From NCBI RefSeq assembly GCF_009914755.1, contig NC_060926.1: a stretch of 64,000 nt of DNA; one strand, written 5' to 3'. Origin of the DNA: the human T2T-CHM13v2.0 reference genome, Homo sapiens. Shown one piece after another: positions 13,104-25,821 of this stretch; positions within the stretch are counted from its first letter, which is position 1; each line of letters begins with the position of its first letter. The translations under genes were made by a program, and so were the position numbers. The notes beneath the pieces were generated by a model. The model did not search any database. It saw only the letters and a program-made list of their open reading frames with translations, and was not told where the DNA came from.

Positions 13104-13603
13104 GTACTGGTACAAAAACAGACACATAGATTAATGGAACAGAATAGAGAACCCAGAAACAGAGCCACACACCTACAATCATATGATCTTTGACAAAACT
13201 GACAAAAGCCAGCAATGGGGAAAGATTCTCTTCAATAAATGGTGCTGGGATAACTGGCTAGCCATATGGAGAAGAATGAAACTGAGTCCCTTCCTTTCAA
13301 CATACAAAAATTAACTCAAGATAGATTAAAGACTTAAATGTAAGACCTCAAACTGTAAAATTCCTAGAAGAAAAGCTAGACAATACCCTTCTTGACATTG
13401 ACCTTGGCAAAGAATTTTTGGCTAAATCTCCAAAAGCAATTGCAACAAAAACAAAAATTGATAAGTGGGACCTAATTAAACTCAAGAGCTTCTGTGAAGC
13501 AAAATGAACTATCAACAGAGTGAACAGACAGCCTACAGATTGGGGGAAAATCTTCACAAACTGTGCATCTGACAATGGTGAAATATTCAGAATCTATAAG
13601 GAA
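13104..13603 (+). mobile_element. L1 (L1PB/old L1PA) ORF2 3' fragment
   Basis: tactggtacaaaaacagacac...aataaatggtgctgggataactggctagccat. Confidence 0.9.
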
Positions 13604-13785
13604 TATTTCCATATTTTTAAAACTGAGTTGTTTGCTTTATTATTAGTGAATTTTCAAATTTTTTGAATAGAAGTCTTTCATCAGATAAACTCTTTGCAAA
13701 TGTTTTCTCCCAACCTGTGGCTTGTCTATAATATTCTTAACAGCCTCCTTGCAAAAGCAGAAGTTTTTCATTTTGATGAAGCCAA
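13604..13785 (-). mobile_element. L1M ORF2 3' fragment
   Basis: tttgcaaatgttttctcccaacctgtggcttgtc...ttttgatgaagcc. Confidence 0.75.
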
Positions 13786-13789
13786 AGAA

Positions 13790-14146
13790 ATTGCAGATTT
13801 CTGGATTTGTCAATTTGTGAAGCTCTATTTGTCTGGTCCTGTGTCCTGCAATTCTAGTTGACTTGGTCTCCCCTGGATCTTAGCTTTATTCTCTCTACTC
13901 AAGGAGTCTAATGGACTCTGCTTTGTTCCTCACTCCCTGCAGTGTGGCCTGGAAACTATCCCAACACAGTGTGCTGAGGAAGTGGTAGGGATTACTTCCC
14001 CTATTTCCCAAAAAATCAGTGTCCTTCGTTAGTTTAGGAACAATGTTCAGAAATTGGTTCACATGTGATTTTGGTCTTCAGATTGTTTCAGACAAGAATG
14101 TGACTCCAGCCCATGTGGCTCCATCTTAATCAGAAGTAGTAGTTCT
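13790..14146 (-). mobile_element. L1ME 5' region fragment
   Basis: ctgcagtgtggcctggaaact...gttgtttcag-like...ctccatcttaatcagaagt. Confidence 0.55.
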
Positions 14147-15119
14147 CAATCATAAAGTTCCTGAATGTAGGGAACAGGTCTTTCATTATCTGTGTCCTCC
14201 ACCATATGTAGTAAAATACCTTGCATATACTAAATATTTGTAGAGTAATTGAAATTTGCTTAAAAAGTGTAAACTAAAATAGTGTCACAGCTTCTTTGTG
14301 TATCCATAGGATCTTTCTCTTAAAAGTAGAGTACAATGAAATGAAAATTCAGGTTAGTTCAAATCCTGGACTACTAGGAATTTAGTTACTGACGCTTTGG
14401 CCATTCACCCTCAAGGCAGATCTTTATAGCTACAGAACATTTTACATTTTTTGTAATTAATGAATAAACATTATTATTTTACTGTACTAAAATCAATAAC
14501 AAACTTAATAGCCTTTATGCAAAATTGTTTTAATGATAAGAAAATGGTTCTTAGATAAGTTAGAGTATTCTTTTCAACTTTCTTCTGTCAGTAGTTTTCT
14601 TTATCTAATTTATTAACTCTTCAGCACGAGAAATACAAGAGTTTCAATGTTTTTTCCTTTTTAAAATTCATAAAGATTCAACCATACTGACCTATTTAAT
14701 AAATTGAATGACACATAGTTAACATCCTAAAAAGCATATTCTTAACCAATGTTTTATTATTGGGATAAAAGGCAGAAACTATAACTCGGGTTTTTCTTTT
14801 TGTCATTTTATTTGAAGGATGGGATGCATATAAGGCAATACTCAAACTACATGTTGTTTTTCAGTTAAGTTTGTGCAATAAATGGTATGTATTTCCATTA
14901 CCTAACATAAGGTCTAGTATATAGTAGGTATACAAAATTGATAGTACTATTTATTATTATCAACATGATAATCATTATGAGTGTTAGTGTCATTGGCTAT
15001 ACTGATGAGTTGTAGTGATTCTATTTAATTTTTAATATACATTTTGCCTTCATTTTGTGCTGTGGCAGGGCTGGCTATCAGGGCTTTAACTCTTAGAACT
15101 GTTCACCTCGTCTCTCAAC

Positions 15120-15460
15120 ACATAGCTCTCACACAAGCTGTTTTCTCTGTCTGAAAAACCTGTCTCCCTCTTCTCCTGGTTACTCCTATTCCTCCTTCAG
15201 CTCTCAGATTAAGTGTTACTTCTAGAGGGTAACTTTTCAGAGCACCTAGTCTAAGTCATATTTCTTTACTTATACACTCAAGGAATTGTTTTGTTTAATC
15301 TTAATTTGGAACAATAGATTCATTCATGGGACTATCTGGTTAATAGCTGTCTTCTCAACTTAACTGCAAGCTCCATGAGAGTACAAGTCTGGGTTTTGTG
15401 CACCACAGTGCTTAGCACATAGTAGGTCATCATTAAAGTATTTTCTGATATGCAAGAAAT
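15120..15460 (+). mobile_element. L2 3' fragment
   Basis: tccttcagctctcag...aactgcaagctccatgag...cttagcacatagtagg. Confidence 0.75.
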
Positions 15461-18457
15461 AAAGATGAAGGATAAAAAGATTTTTGATGTAATTCCACAC
15501 CTCCCAAAAGCTACTCATGCACAAGAAGGCTTGTATTTGTCAGTTTTCTGTAGCTTCTGTAGAAGGACTTGGTGGGTAGGGCTTACTTCTCAGAGCAGCT
15601 TTGCAGTCAAGCATGGGGTGCATGTGCTCCCTCTCTTACATCTGAGTTCTTCTGTAAATCCTCCTTATTTGGGTTCTATGATATCTTTCATTTGTTTCCT
15701 TATACCTTCACTACCAGTAGTATTTCTTCTCTCTTTGATGCTTACTGGGCTTGGGTATTTGTTTGGATCAATGGGATGTTGGATGTCCAGCAAAACTGGC
15801 TTGCCTCATTTGGGACAACGAAGCTACAGAAAATAACTGACAAATACAAGCCTTCTTGTATTGCTCCCTGGCTGACACTGACTGTGTCTCAGTCTCCCTA
15901 TTCACTGCCTCTCAGATGCACTGCGCTGAGCACTAAAACCAACTCCCAGGCTCCCTTGCCTTTCATCTCTTCTAATTGAAGACCTTGGGTTTGTAATTAA
16001 AATTCCCTTCATGTACTCATGTTGTGATTACATAGCATAGACTGATATCTTTTAAAATAATATTGTGCATAATAAAGTGACATGCACATTTTGAAATCTG
16101 TTTTAACTCCATAGTATCATCATGATGGCAGTATTTTGTCGCAATAGCACTTAGTAAGATTTTGCTCTTTTAAATCTCAGAAAATGTAGGCACTTTGAAA
16201 TAGTTGCCCAATTTTTTACTAATCTCTTCCTTCTATTGGTTTATTTGTCATATGGCTGATGTTGAAAACCCTGGAGAGCACATTCTAAACTCAATTCTTG
16301 CTTTTTATAAAAGGGCTAGGGTAGGAGATCTTTACTCTGATTGCATTTCATTTTTTATCGTTTATTTTGGAGGAAATAGGGTAGAGCATGGGGTGAGACT
16401 TGAACAGCATTGGTAAGTACCAGAAGTTCAAACAATGTTCCTCAAATTGAAATGTGTCAGGCAATAGAAGCTAGTGAATTACTTGCACTTTATTTTGCTT
16501 GTGCACTATTTGTTTGAAGGATATTACTTTAACTCTTACTCTGAGTCAAACATGGTAGTGGATGATTAGAGTTTAAAAAGTTAATTCTACCTTTTCTTTT
16601 TAAAGCTCACAGCCTAGTTTGGGTGTGGTTAACATGAATTAAGGAGGTGTTTCAGAGTTATCAGTGAACTTTCTAAAGTGCTTTTGTATGCTTTTTAGGG
16701 GATGGGCTCTAAAGGGAAGAGAGAACAAGAGGAATTTGGCTTCTTTTATTACATACAAAAGAAATCTTCAACCCCTTCCTCCCCTCCCTGCCAAGGATTA
16801 AGAACTGTTGGTCTAAGATAATATAGACAATGCAAATAAAAAAAGAAGGAATCCTACAATAAGTTCTTAAAAGGTGGTTTGTACGAGATGTCCTTTGTGC
16901 AGAGAGGAAAGGGACCTTGAAACTTTCTGGGTGAGTCAGGGAAGACATCAGAAAGGAAGGGGAGCAAATCTATCTGTGCCACTTCATGGAGGGAGCAGTC
17001 ACCTCTCCCATCCCTGTCCTCTCTTCAGTCCATGGAGAGGAGAACTTCACAGAGATGACAGTTCCATCAGGGAAGATCTGAGGTCTAATAGTTCACTCCT
17101 TTCCCGACTTACTAATGCTTCCCCATGGTAGAAACCTCTTATTCTTACTGGTTTCATGGTAAATGCCTGACACATACTGAAACATGCTTGCTTATAGGCA
17201 GAACAGCTTTGCTTCAAATGCAAAGGAAACAGGCTGAAACGTGCCTCTTGATGATTCATGGGTTATTGCAGTAGGGCAGTGGGCTATCTTCTGTTTCCTG
17301 CCCCCATGCAGTGAGCACCCCTGGGCCAGAGCTCAGGGCCTGAAGTCAAAAGCAGAACAGAAGCCTGCTGTTCTCCTGTAGGTTTCATTCTGGTGGCAAC
17401 TGGGGTCAAGAAGCAGGCTTTCCATGTTCCAGGTTGATGACTGGGTAAGTGTTCTTAATAGTGGAGGACTGAGCAGTGCACATCCCATATTTCACGTCCC
17501 ACATGTGGGGATAGAGGGAGGAGGCCCAAAGCCTTCCCTTATTTAGTCATTACCATAGTTCCGTGGGTAAACCTGATAATTTTCTTTGGTCTTCATTTAG
17601 TTGTGTCTGTTCAACTGATTTTTGCCCAATGGGTAGAAGGTAGGGAGAGATGAGTGATTAGAATCCTAAGCATTGAATAGTTACTTTCTTACATAAAATT
17701 TATCACTTATTTCATTGTCCACAGTAAAAATTTATGACTTAAACCTAGTCCCTTGAGATCTGGGCTGTGCTTTCCTCCTCATCAACTGCTCACATCCTCT
17801 ATTGAGATTCTTTCATGCACCTAATGTTTATGCTTTTATAATTTTGCTGACTTAGACCTCTCTGCTTGGAATATTTTCCATCGCTTATCCTTGCCCCACA
17901 AAATCCTTTCTAAGATATGTCTGTGGAAATCTTTACAAAAGAAATATTATGTTTATGATAATAACTACTGCTATCCAAAAGGCATCTCTCCCATGTAGAC
18001 TTTTTCTGGCTTTCTGCCCACCCCACCAAGTCCAATGACCACTCCAACACTGGTGGATCCATTGCTCCAAGAGCAGACTTCCAATGCATCAATTGTGCAC
18101 TTTAGTGTACTCACCAATTTACACATCTGCCTTCTCCTTCTTCACTTTACATCTCTACTGTCCCACATAGTAATAGAACAAATACATTATTGAGAGAAAA
18201 CTGCAAGGCTGAGTATGAATTTGCCATAAGAAAAAGAGGACAGTTTGGGTAAAATAGGAGTATGTATATGAGGGAGAATGATTTGGGTTCAGGAAATGAC
18301 AGTGATATGTAGCAAATGAAGCTAGAGGTACACAGTGGAAATGTGTTATTAAAGACAAGATAGGTCAGGCTAAGAGGCGTGAAGGCTGATTTATCTTGTA
18401 GATGGTGAAGAGTAAATTTTAGGGTGAACAGAATAAGAATCTTATGTATTAAAAAAA

Positions 18458-18493
18458 ATGATGATGATGATGACAACGATGATGGTGATGATA
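18458..18493. repeat. (GAT)n microsatellite
   Basis: atgatgatgatgatgacaacgatgatggtgatgat. Confidence 0.85.
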
Positions 18494-18748
18494 GCTAAGA
18501 TTTAGTATTCACTTACTAGGTGCTAAACTCTGTGCTAGATTTACTTGCATATCTTCTGTAACCTATCACTATCCCTATGTCCATATAAAACTAGTTTTTA
18601 TAATCATCCACATTTTGAAATGAAGAAAACAAGGTTTCGGAATATTAAGTAATTTTTTTAAACCACATAGCCAGTTAACAGCAGAACCACGGCTTAATGC
18701 AATGTTTCACACTCCAAAAACTGATTACTTTAACCACTTCACTTTACA
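18494..18748 (-). mobile_element. MIR SINE
   Basis: cacttactaggtgctaaactctgtgcta...cattttgaaatgaagaaaacaagg. Confidence 0.75.
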
Positions 18749-19094
18749 AAACAATGTGAGAAAAGATAAAGAACACATTTATTTGCATTCTGATAATCTC
18801 AATAACTTGGAACTTCCAGGCTGGCCATGTACATTAACTGTCTTGATTTTATTTTTATTTTTTGTAAAAGAGTACAGATGAAAACTTCCATGAGATATGT
18901 GACAAACTTTCACAAAATCAAGGAAAACAATTATGTAATAAATGTTTATGCAAATTTAATAAAAAAAAATTTGATCATCCAGTGATTGAGATATCAGAAC
19001 TGGTTGTAAGCAAATAAACAAGAGCAGATATTAGACTTTGTGTTTCCTTGCCTACTTGTGCAGCACAATTAGCCATAATTTGTAAAAATCAAAA

Positions 19095-19455
19095 TATGGG
19101 GTCAGCATTCATTGTAGTAATAACAATATCTGGAAACTATCCAAATGTTCACCTAAATTAATTAAATAAGTCACAATATTACTGTTAAGCAGAATAATTT
19201 AAACCCATTAAAAGATTGCTATAAACCTATAAGTGCTGACTTTTAAAAGTTGAGCATGTATTATTAAGTGAAAAAAGCAAATCATGCAATGCATGAAAAC
19301 ATGTTTATATTTTGTTATTTTATACAAAGTGTGAGGACAGTGGCTGCCTCTAGTGACACTACAGTTAGAGGCAGGAAATTACTCAGTTTGTTTTATACCA
19401 TCCTGTACCACTTGATTTTTAAAAATAATAAAGTGTATTCTTTTTGTAATAACAG
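19095..19455 (+). mobile_element. L1ME 3' fragment
   Basis: ctggaaactatccaaatgttca...ttaagtgaaaaaagcaa. Confidence 0.65.
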
Positions 19456-20979
19456 TTTAAAACTTCCTCTAAGAGAAAAACAAGTTCCTTTGGCATTTTC
19501 TGCATTTTAAGACAAAGTATAGAAAGAGGCTGAGAGATCTCTTTAACATCCTGTCCAAGTGTTTCCAGATATTACTGGAGACAAAAGTAATATAAATATT
19601 TACAAGCAAAACTCTTATCTTCACAGAGAAAAAGACTACTTTTTGTATGACTCATTTTGAATTATCCAAAGCATAAGCTAAATGTGCAGGCCTTCCATAT
19701 AACTCACAAAGACATTTTAAAAAGCCATGGGAATGTGTCTTTATTACGATTTTGGAAAAGTGGTATTATTGTGGGAAATCAGAGAATATTCTACAATAGA
19801 AATTTAATTTAGTTTTTTTGAAGTAGTAATAAAGTTCTCTGAGAAACTTGGTAGATGGTTTCAAGTTTAAATTTCATATTGAATTTACTGATATATTGAG
19901 GTAGACATAAGATTCATACAAAATGAGAGAAACACTTTTCTTACATTTTTATGGCAATTCATTCTTCTTGCAATTACTGAAGCAGAGTTTGTGAATACCC
20001 ACTTTCTTCAATTAAAAAGAATTATCCTAAATTCGAACTTGGCTAATTAACTAAAACGTTGGAAGCTGTTTAGGAGGAAAATTTGACTCAGTGCTCTCAA
20101 TTTCTGACATAGCACCTCCCCTGATTCTCAATTTATGACAATGCTGAAGGGATTCAGTTTTCTCAGACTTCAAATGGAACATATGGTGGTTCCTTTCAAG
20201 GATCAAATTAAAATTTCGTGCTCAGTGATGACCCCAGAAAATGATGATGTTTAATTTTTGAATCACTCAATTTATTTTAAGAATATGAAAAAACATCACA
20301 TTGCTTCTTGGCCACAATTGTTTAGTTATTTCTTGAGATTCATCTGACTTTCTGATATGGAGGAAGCATAAATTGATTCTGCAGTTTACCCATAATCTCC
20401 TACTATTGTCAGATGGCAGAAACTTCTGGAAGCTCAGAGAACAATGAAACAGTGAACATTTATTTAGTCTTCTTAAAAAAACAATGCTAAGATTTTTTTA
20501 TTTTCTCATTAAATTCATACAACAAATCTACCAAATGCTGTTATCCTCAATGCACATTGTTGTAGACTCTATTTCCTTCTCCAAAGTGTGGCCAACAATT
20601 GGAACTTAAGGCATATCTGTTGAATGAATGAGTGTATGAATCAATGAATGAATTTTTATTATAGCCTTTTGAGTAAAATAAAAGTATCATAACTTCTCTT
20701 ATCTGATAGGCAAGAAAAGAGCAAAAGTTAAATAATCTGCCCAGAGGGATCCAGTGGTGATGGAGATGGAACTTGAGATCAGATCTCCACATTCTAAGGT
20801 TGGGCTCTTTCTGATGTAGCAATCTTTCATTATTTATTCATTCTATCAATCACTTACTTATTTATATGCATAAATTGGGGGCCTTCTACCTATCAAGCAT
20901 TATTCTAGAAGCTAAAGATATACAAAGGTTATAATGACAAAAACATCCTCCTGTGATCTCAGCCACTCATGCTGTATTT

Positions 20980-21361
20980 ATGACAGAGACACTTAGGCCT
21001 TGCAAATATTCCATATGCTCCCCTACATTCTCAACTCCCTTCATAATTTGGTGAGTGGCTCATGACTAGTTATGGCCAGTAGGCTGAGAGTAGAGGTGAT
21101 GTGTGTCCAAGCCAAGGCAATTAAAAGCTGGTGCATGTTCTTCAACTGAGTTGTCTCCAACTCAGTCTTCACCTATATAACAATGTCCATATTCAGGTAT
21201 TGAGATAGCATGTCACAGGAATGGAAAGCCTTTATCACTATCTTTGATGAAGGAGAGTCCTCATTGACCCATAGTGGACTTGCATGAGCAAGTTCTAAGT
21301 AAATAATATTTAATAATTCATTTGTTAGTATAGTATAACCTAGATTATCTAATTAAACACA
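20980..21361 (+). mobile_element. MLT1I/H-type MaLR LTR
   Basis: catgactagttatggcca...gaggtgatgtgtg...tttgttagtatagtataacctag. Confidence 0.6.
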
Positions 21362-21874
21362 CATATTTAAAAGTTTTCTATGTTTTCTTCAAAAAGTTAT
21401 TTTCTTACTGTTGTACTTCTAGATAATGCTAGCAAAGGAATAACTTAGTAGACTTTTTGTTCTGTTCATTGGTTATTTTTAAAACTATTGCTTTATTTAT
21501 AGGTGTATGCCTAACTAGGAGGTACTAAAAGACAATTTAAGAGAATTTAAGAAATGGGGAAGCAAAGGAAAAACAGAATAAATTGTACAGAATATGATGG
21601 AATATATGTTATCATAATAAAGATAAATGGACTATACTTAACCAGTTAAAAGACAGTGATTGCCAATTAGTAATAAAAGAATTACCTATATGTTGTTTAA
21701 AAGAGACACATATAAAACATGAAAACAGAGAATGTAAAAAGAAGTTGTAAGAATGAATAAGCTAATAAAAATACATACTAGGACAATACTAACCCAACCA
21801 AACCATACCCATACAATTTCACTATTAATGGCATATAATAGATGGAACAGGTAAAAGTTTTAATTAGGGCTATA

Positions 21875-22705
21875 CCGTCTTGAAACCTATAATGACATTT
21901 CAGTCAATGATAAACCACATATATAATGGTAGTTCATAACATTATAATGGAGCCTATGTGGAGGTAGAATACACTGAAATTGATTATTCTGACCCTGTGG
22001 AGGCTTAGGCCAATGTATATGTTGATGTTCCAAATTTTCACAAAAAAGTTTAAAAAATATAAAAAACTTAAAGTATAAAAAAGCTTATATAATAAGAATA
22101 TAAACAAAAGTATTTTTGCAGCTTTACAATGTGTGTTTTAAGCTAAGTGTTATTACAAGAGTCAAAAAGCTAAAAAAATGAAAAATTTATAAAGTAAAAA
22201 TGTCACCATCAGCTAAGGTTAATTTATTAATGAGGAATTGTTTCTAAACAAATTTAGTGTAGCTTAAGTAAGTGTGCAGTGTTTACAAAGTCTACAGTAG
22301 TATACGGTAATGTCCTAGGGTCTTCACATTTACTCACCACTCACTCACTGACTTTACCCAGAGCAACTTCCAACCACCAGCCCTACCTGCTCTATTCATG
22401 GTAAGTGCCCTACAGATGTAGCATTTTTCATCTTTTATACCATATTTGTACTGTATCTTTTCTATGGTTAGATATATTTAGATACACAAATATCATCATG
22501 TTATAATTGCTTACAGTATTCAGTACAGTAATATGCTGTATAAGTTTGTAACCTAGAAGCAATAGGCTATACCATATAGTTTGGGTGTGTAGTGGGCTAT
22601 ACCACCTTGGCTTGTGTAAATGCACTCTATGATGTTCACACAATAAAAATCTCCAAAGGACACACTTCTCAGAATGTATCCTCATTGTTAAGTAACACAT
22701 GACTC
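21875..22705 (+). mobile_element. Tigger3-family (Tigger3b/MER7-like) DNA transposon
   Basis: aatgacatttcagtcaatga start; cttctcagaatgtatcctcattgttaagtaacacatgact end; TA on both flanks. Confidence 0.85.
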
Positions 22706-23062
22706 TAGATGATCCCAGCTTAATGTTAAAAGGAACAATTCACAAAAAATTTAAATTTTAAACCTGTAAAACACGCCACTATATCTAAAGAAATTTGATA
22801 AATTAACTACCATCATGGGAGATTTTTAACACTTCTATCTAATAAAGCAGACAGAAAAATAGGAAGGATACAAACAAAATTTAAACCACAAGATTAATAA
22901 GCTGTACTCAACAGTTATCAAAATCTGTATTCTACAATTTGTAGAACATACATTCTTCTCAAGTCCACATGAGGATTAACAAAAATTGACCAGATTTTCA
23001 TTCTTTAAGAAAAACGCAGCAAATTAATACAAATTAAGATCTATTACCATATTCTCTGAATG

Positions 23063-23610
23063 CGTCAGAGGCATGTGAACCAGAGCAACTCCATCTTAAA
23101 CAGGAGCTGGGTAAAATGAGGCTCAGACCTGCTGGGCTTCATTCCCAGGCAGTGAAGGCATTCTAAGTCACAGGATGAGATAGGAGGTCAGCATGAAATA
23201 CGGGTCCAAAGGCCTGGCTGATAAAACAGGTTGCAGTAAAGAAACTGGTTAAAACCCGCCAAAACCAAGATGGCGATGAGAGTGACCTCTGGTTGTCCTC
23301 ACTGCTGTACTCCCATCAGCGCCATGACAGTTTACAAATGCCATGGCAATGTCAAGAACTTACCCTATATGGTCTAAAAAGGGGAGGCATGAATAATCCA
23401 CCCCTTGTTTACCATGTCATCAAGAAATAACCATAAAAAAGGGCAACCAGCAGCCCTTGGGGCTGGTCTATGGAGTAGCCATTCTCTTATTCCTTTACTT
23501 TCTTAATAAACTTGCTTTCACTTTACTCTATGGACTTGCCCTGAATTCTTTCTTACACAAGATCCAAGAATCCTCTCTTGGGGTCTGGATTGGACTCCTT
23601 ACTTGTAACA
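23063..23610 (+). mobile_element. MER41A solo LTR (ERV1)
   Basis: gtcagaggcatgtgaaccagagcaactccatctt ... gtaaca; 548 bp; 4-bp TSD aatg; poly(A) signal present. Confidence 0.9.
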
Positions 23611-24166
23611 AATGCAATCACATTAAATTTTAAATATTCAACCAACAATTATTAATATTAAAAATTACATACATAAACATCAAAACAGACTCTGAAATTA
23701 TATGTAGGTCAAATAAGAAATCATAATGGCAATTAGAAAATGCTTAAGACAATGAAAATGAAAACACTAAATAGCTTGTAGGATACAACTAAAGCAGTAT
23801 TTAGATGAAAATTTATAGTTATAAATGCTGATGTAAAAAAAGAATGGCTGAAAAGTAATAAATGTTCAATTTAAAATTTTGAATAATAAAAATAGAAAAT
23901 ATAAAAACAAAAGAACATAAAGGTACAAAAATTAATAGAAAACAAAAAATGATGGAACAAACAACAAAGACAAAAGATATGTTTTAAGAAGGCAAATAAT
24001 AGGCAAAATGCTGGCAAGATTGGTTATGAAACAGAAAGCACAAATGAACAAAATTAGATCTAAAGAGAATATAACCTTGGATAGAACAAAGATTTACTTC
24101 TGAAAAATTAGAGATTATTATTAACAACGTAATGCCATTAAATTTCTTTTTTAATTTCCAACTTTT

Positions 24167-24550
24167 TTTTATTATTATTATACTTTAAGTTCTAGGGTAC
24201 ATGTGCACAACATGCAGGTTTGTTACATATGTATACACGCGCCATGTTGGTGTGCTGCACCCATTAACTCGTCATTTACATTACATATATCTCCTAATGC
24301 TGTCCCTTCCCGCTCCCCCCACCCCATGACAGACCCCGGTGTGCGATGTTCCCCTTCCCGTGTCCCGTGTTCTTATTGTTCAATTCCCACCTATGAGTGA
24401 GAACATACGGTGTTTGGTTTTTTGTCCTTGCGATAGTTTGCTGAGAATGATGGTTTCCAGCTTCATCCATGTCCCTGCAAAGGACATGAACTCATCTTTT
24501 TTCATGACTGCATAGTATTCCATGGTGTATATGTGCCACATTTTCTTAAT
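24167..24550 (-). mobile_element. 5'-truncated L1PA (PA4/5-like) 3' UTR
   Basis: tatactttaagttctagggtacatgtgcacaac...; TSD ttaatt(t/c)ccaactttt at 24151 and 24551. Confidence 0.9.
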
Positions 24551-24623
24551 TTAATTCCCAACTTTTATTTTAAGTTTGGGGGCATATATGCAGGATGGGC
24601 AGTTTTGTTACATATGTAAACAT
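24551..24623 (-). mobile_element. Older L1PA 3'-end stub (tail continues at 24147-24166)
   Basis: aacttttattttaagtttgggggcatatatgcaggat...tttgttacatatgtaaac. Confidence 0.7.
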
Positions 24624-25821
24624 GTAGTGCTATTAAAATTTCAAATCATAGGTGAAACAATATTTTCAGAAAACTGTAACTTTAAACAAATTCAAAGGAA
24701 AATTGAAAATATGAATAAGCCTGTGTATATTAAGGTAAATTGCACTCACTATTAAAAATACACAAACATTTCTATATCCAGATAAGAGAATTATATCAAA
24801 CATTCGAGGAACAAAAAATACTTACCTTGCCTTGTACAGTTGTAGAAAATAGAGATAGATAAAATAGCTTCTATCTTATTTAAAATGATTGATATGATCT
24901 TGATTTTAAAACCAGAGAATGTACAAGGAAAGAAAATAATAGGCAGTGTTGCTTAAAGAGTAGCAACATAAAAATTTGAAAAAAAAATTAACCAACATTC
25001 AACAGCACATTGAAATATATCTTATGATTTATTCATATTTATCCTTTGAGTAAGAGAAAGGTTTATCATTAGACGCACTATTAATGTAAATATAATTGAC
25101 CAGTTTAATGAATTGAGAGATAAAACATAAATTATTTAAGAGATATAAAAGTCTATCACAATACAATATCAATAGTGCTTCTTAGGACTAAGTACAGGAT
25201 GCTATGGAAGCACAGAGAGAACATGATATATCTAGTCTCCTAAGATTTAGAAAATATTTTCTAGAACAAGTAGTATTAATTCTGAGACTTAAAGGATTTT
25301 AATAAGATTTAGCTGGGCTTTAGGTTCTCAGGTTGCACTGGAGGCAAAAGGATGGCTTAAGGAATAGAGATGGAGGGAGATGTGGGAAGCAAAGGTCACC
25401 AAGTTTAAGGACAAAGTCTGAAAGGCAAAAGAAATTTTGATACATTAAACAAGTAGGTAAATACCAGAAATGGTTGAGCATGGTCAGAGATAGGAACAAA
25501 ATGAAGTAAGTAATGAAAGATGAGGTTGGTAAACAGTAGAGACCAGAACAGAAGGGATCTTCCAAGCTACGTTAAGAAGTATAGATTTCACTCTTCCAGA
25601 AAAGAATTAAGGAATTAAGTAGTGTGTGTATGATCAAATCATTACTCTGACAGTGTAGACAGTGGATTACAAGCAGAGAAAATTACAGATGAGAAGATAA
25701 AGGCAGCAGCTATCATCCAGGTGAGGGATTAGGATGACATAAATATGGAAGTAATAGCAAGGATGGAGAGAATGAATATATCCCACTGACACTTGGAGGA
25801 TGGTTGATGGCATAGACCATG

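Larger units (their letters stand above)
21530..25150 (+). mobile_element. Fragmented L1ME (ORF2 endonuclease-region) fossil hosting nested insertions
   Basis: A-rich L1 ORF2 motifs (taaatggact, gggagatttttaacac, gtaggatacaactaaagcagt) are collinear across the inserts. Confidence 0.7.

Noticed and set aside
15450-15979. Two overlapping 128- and 136-aa ORFs in unique DNA
   Set aside because: No recognisable homology, T-rich hydrophobic composition, no convincing exon structure.
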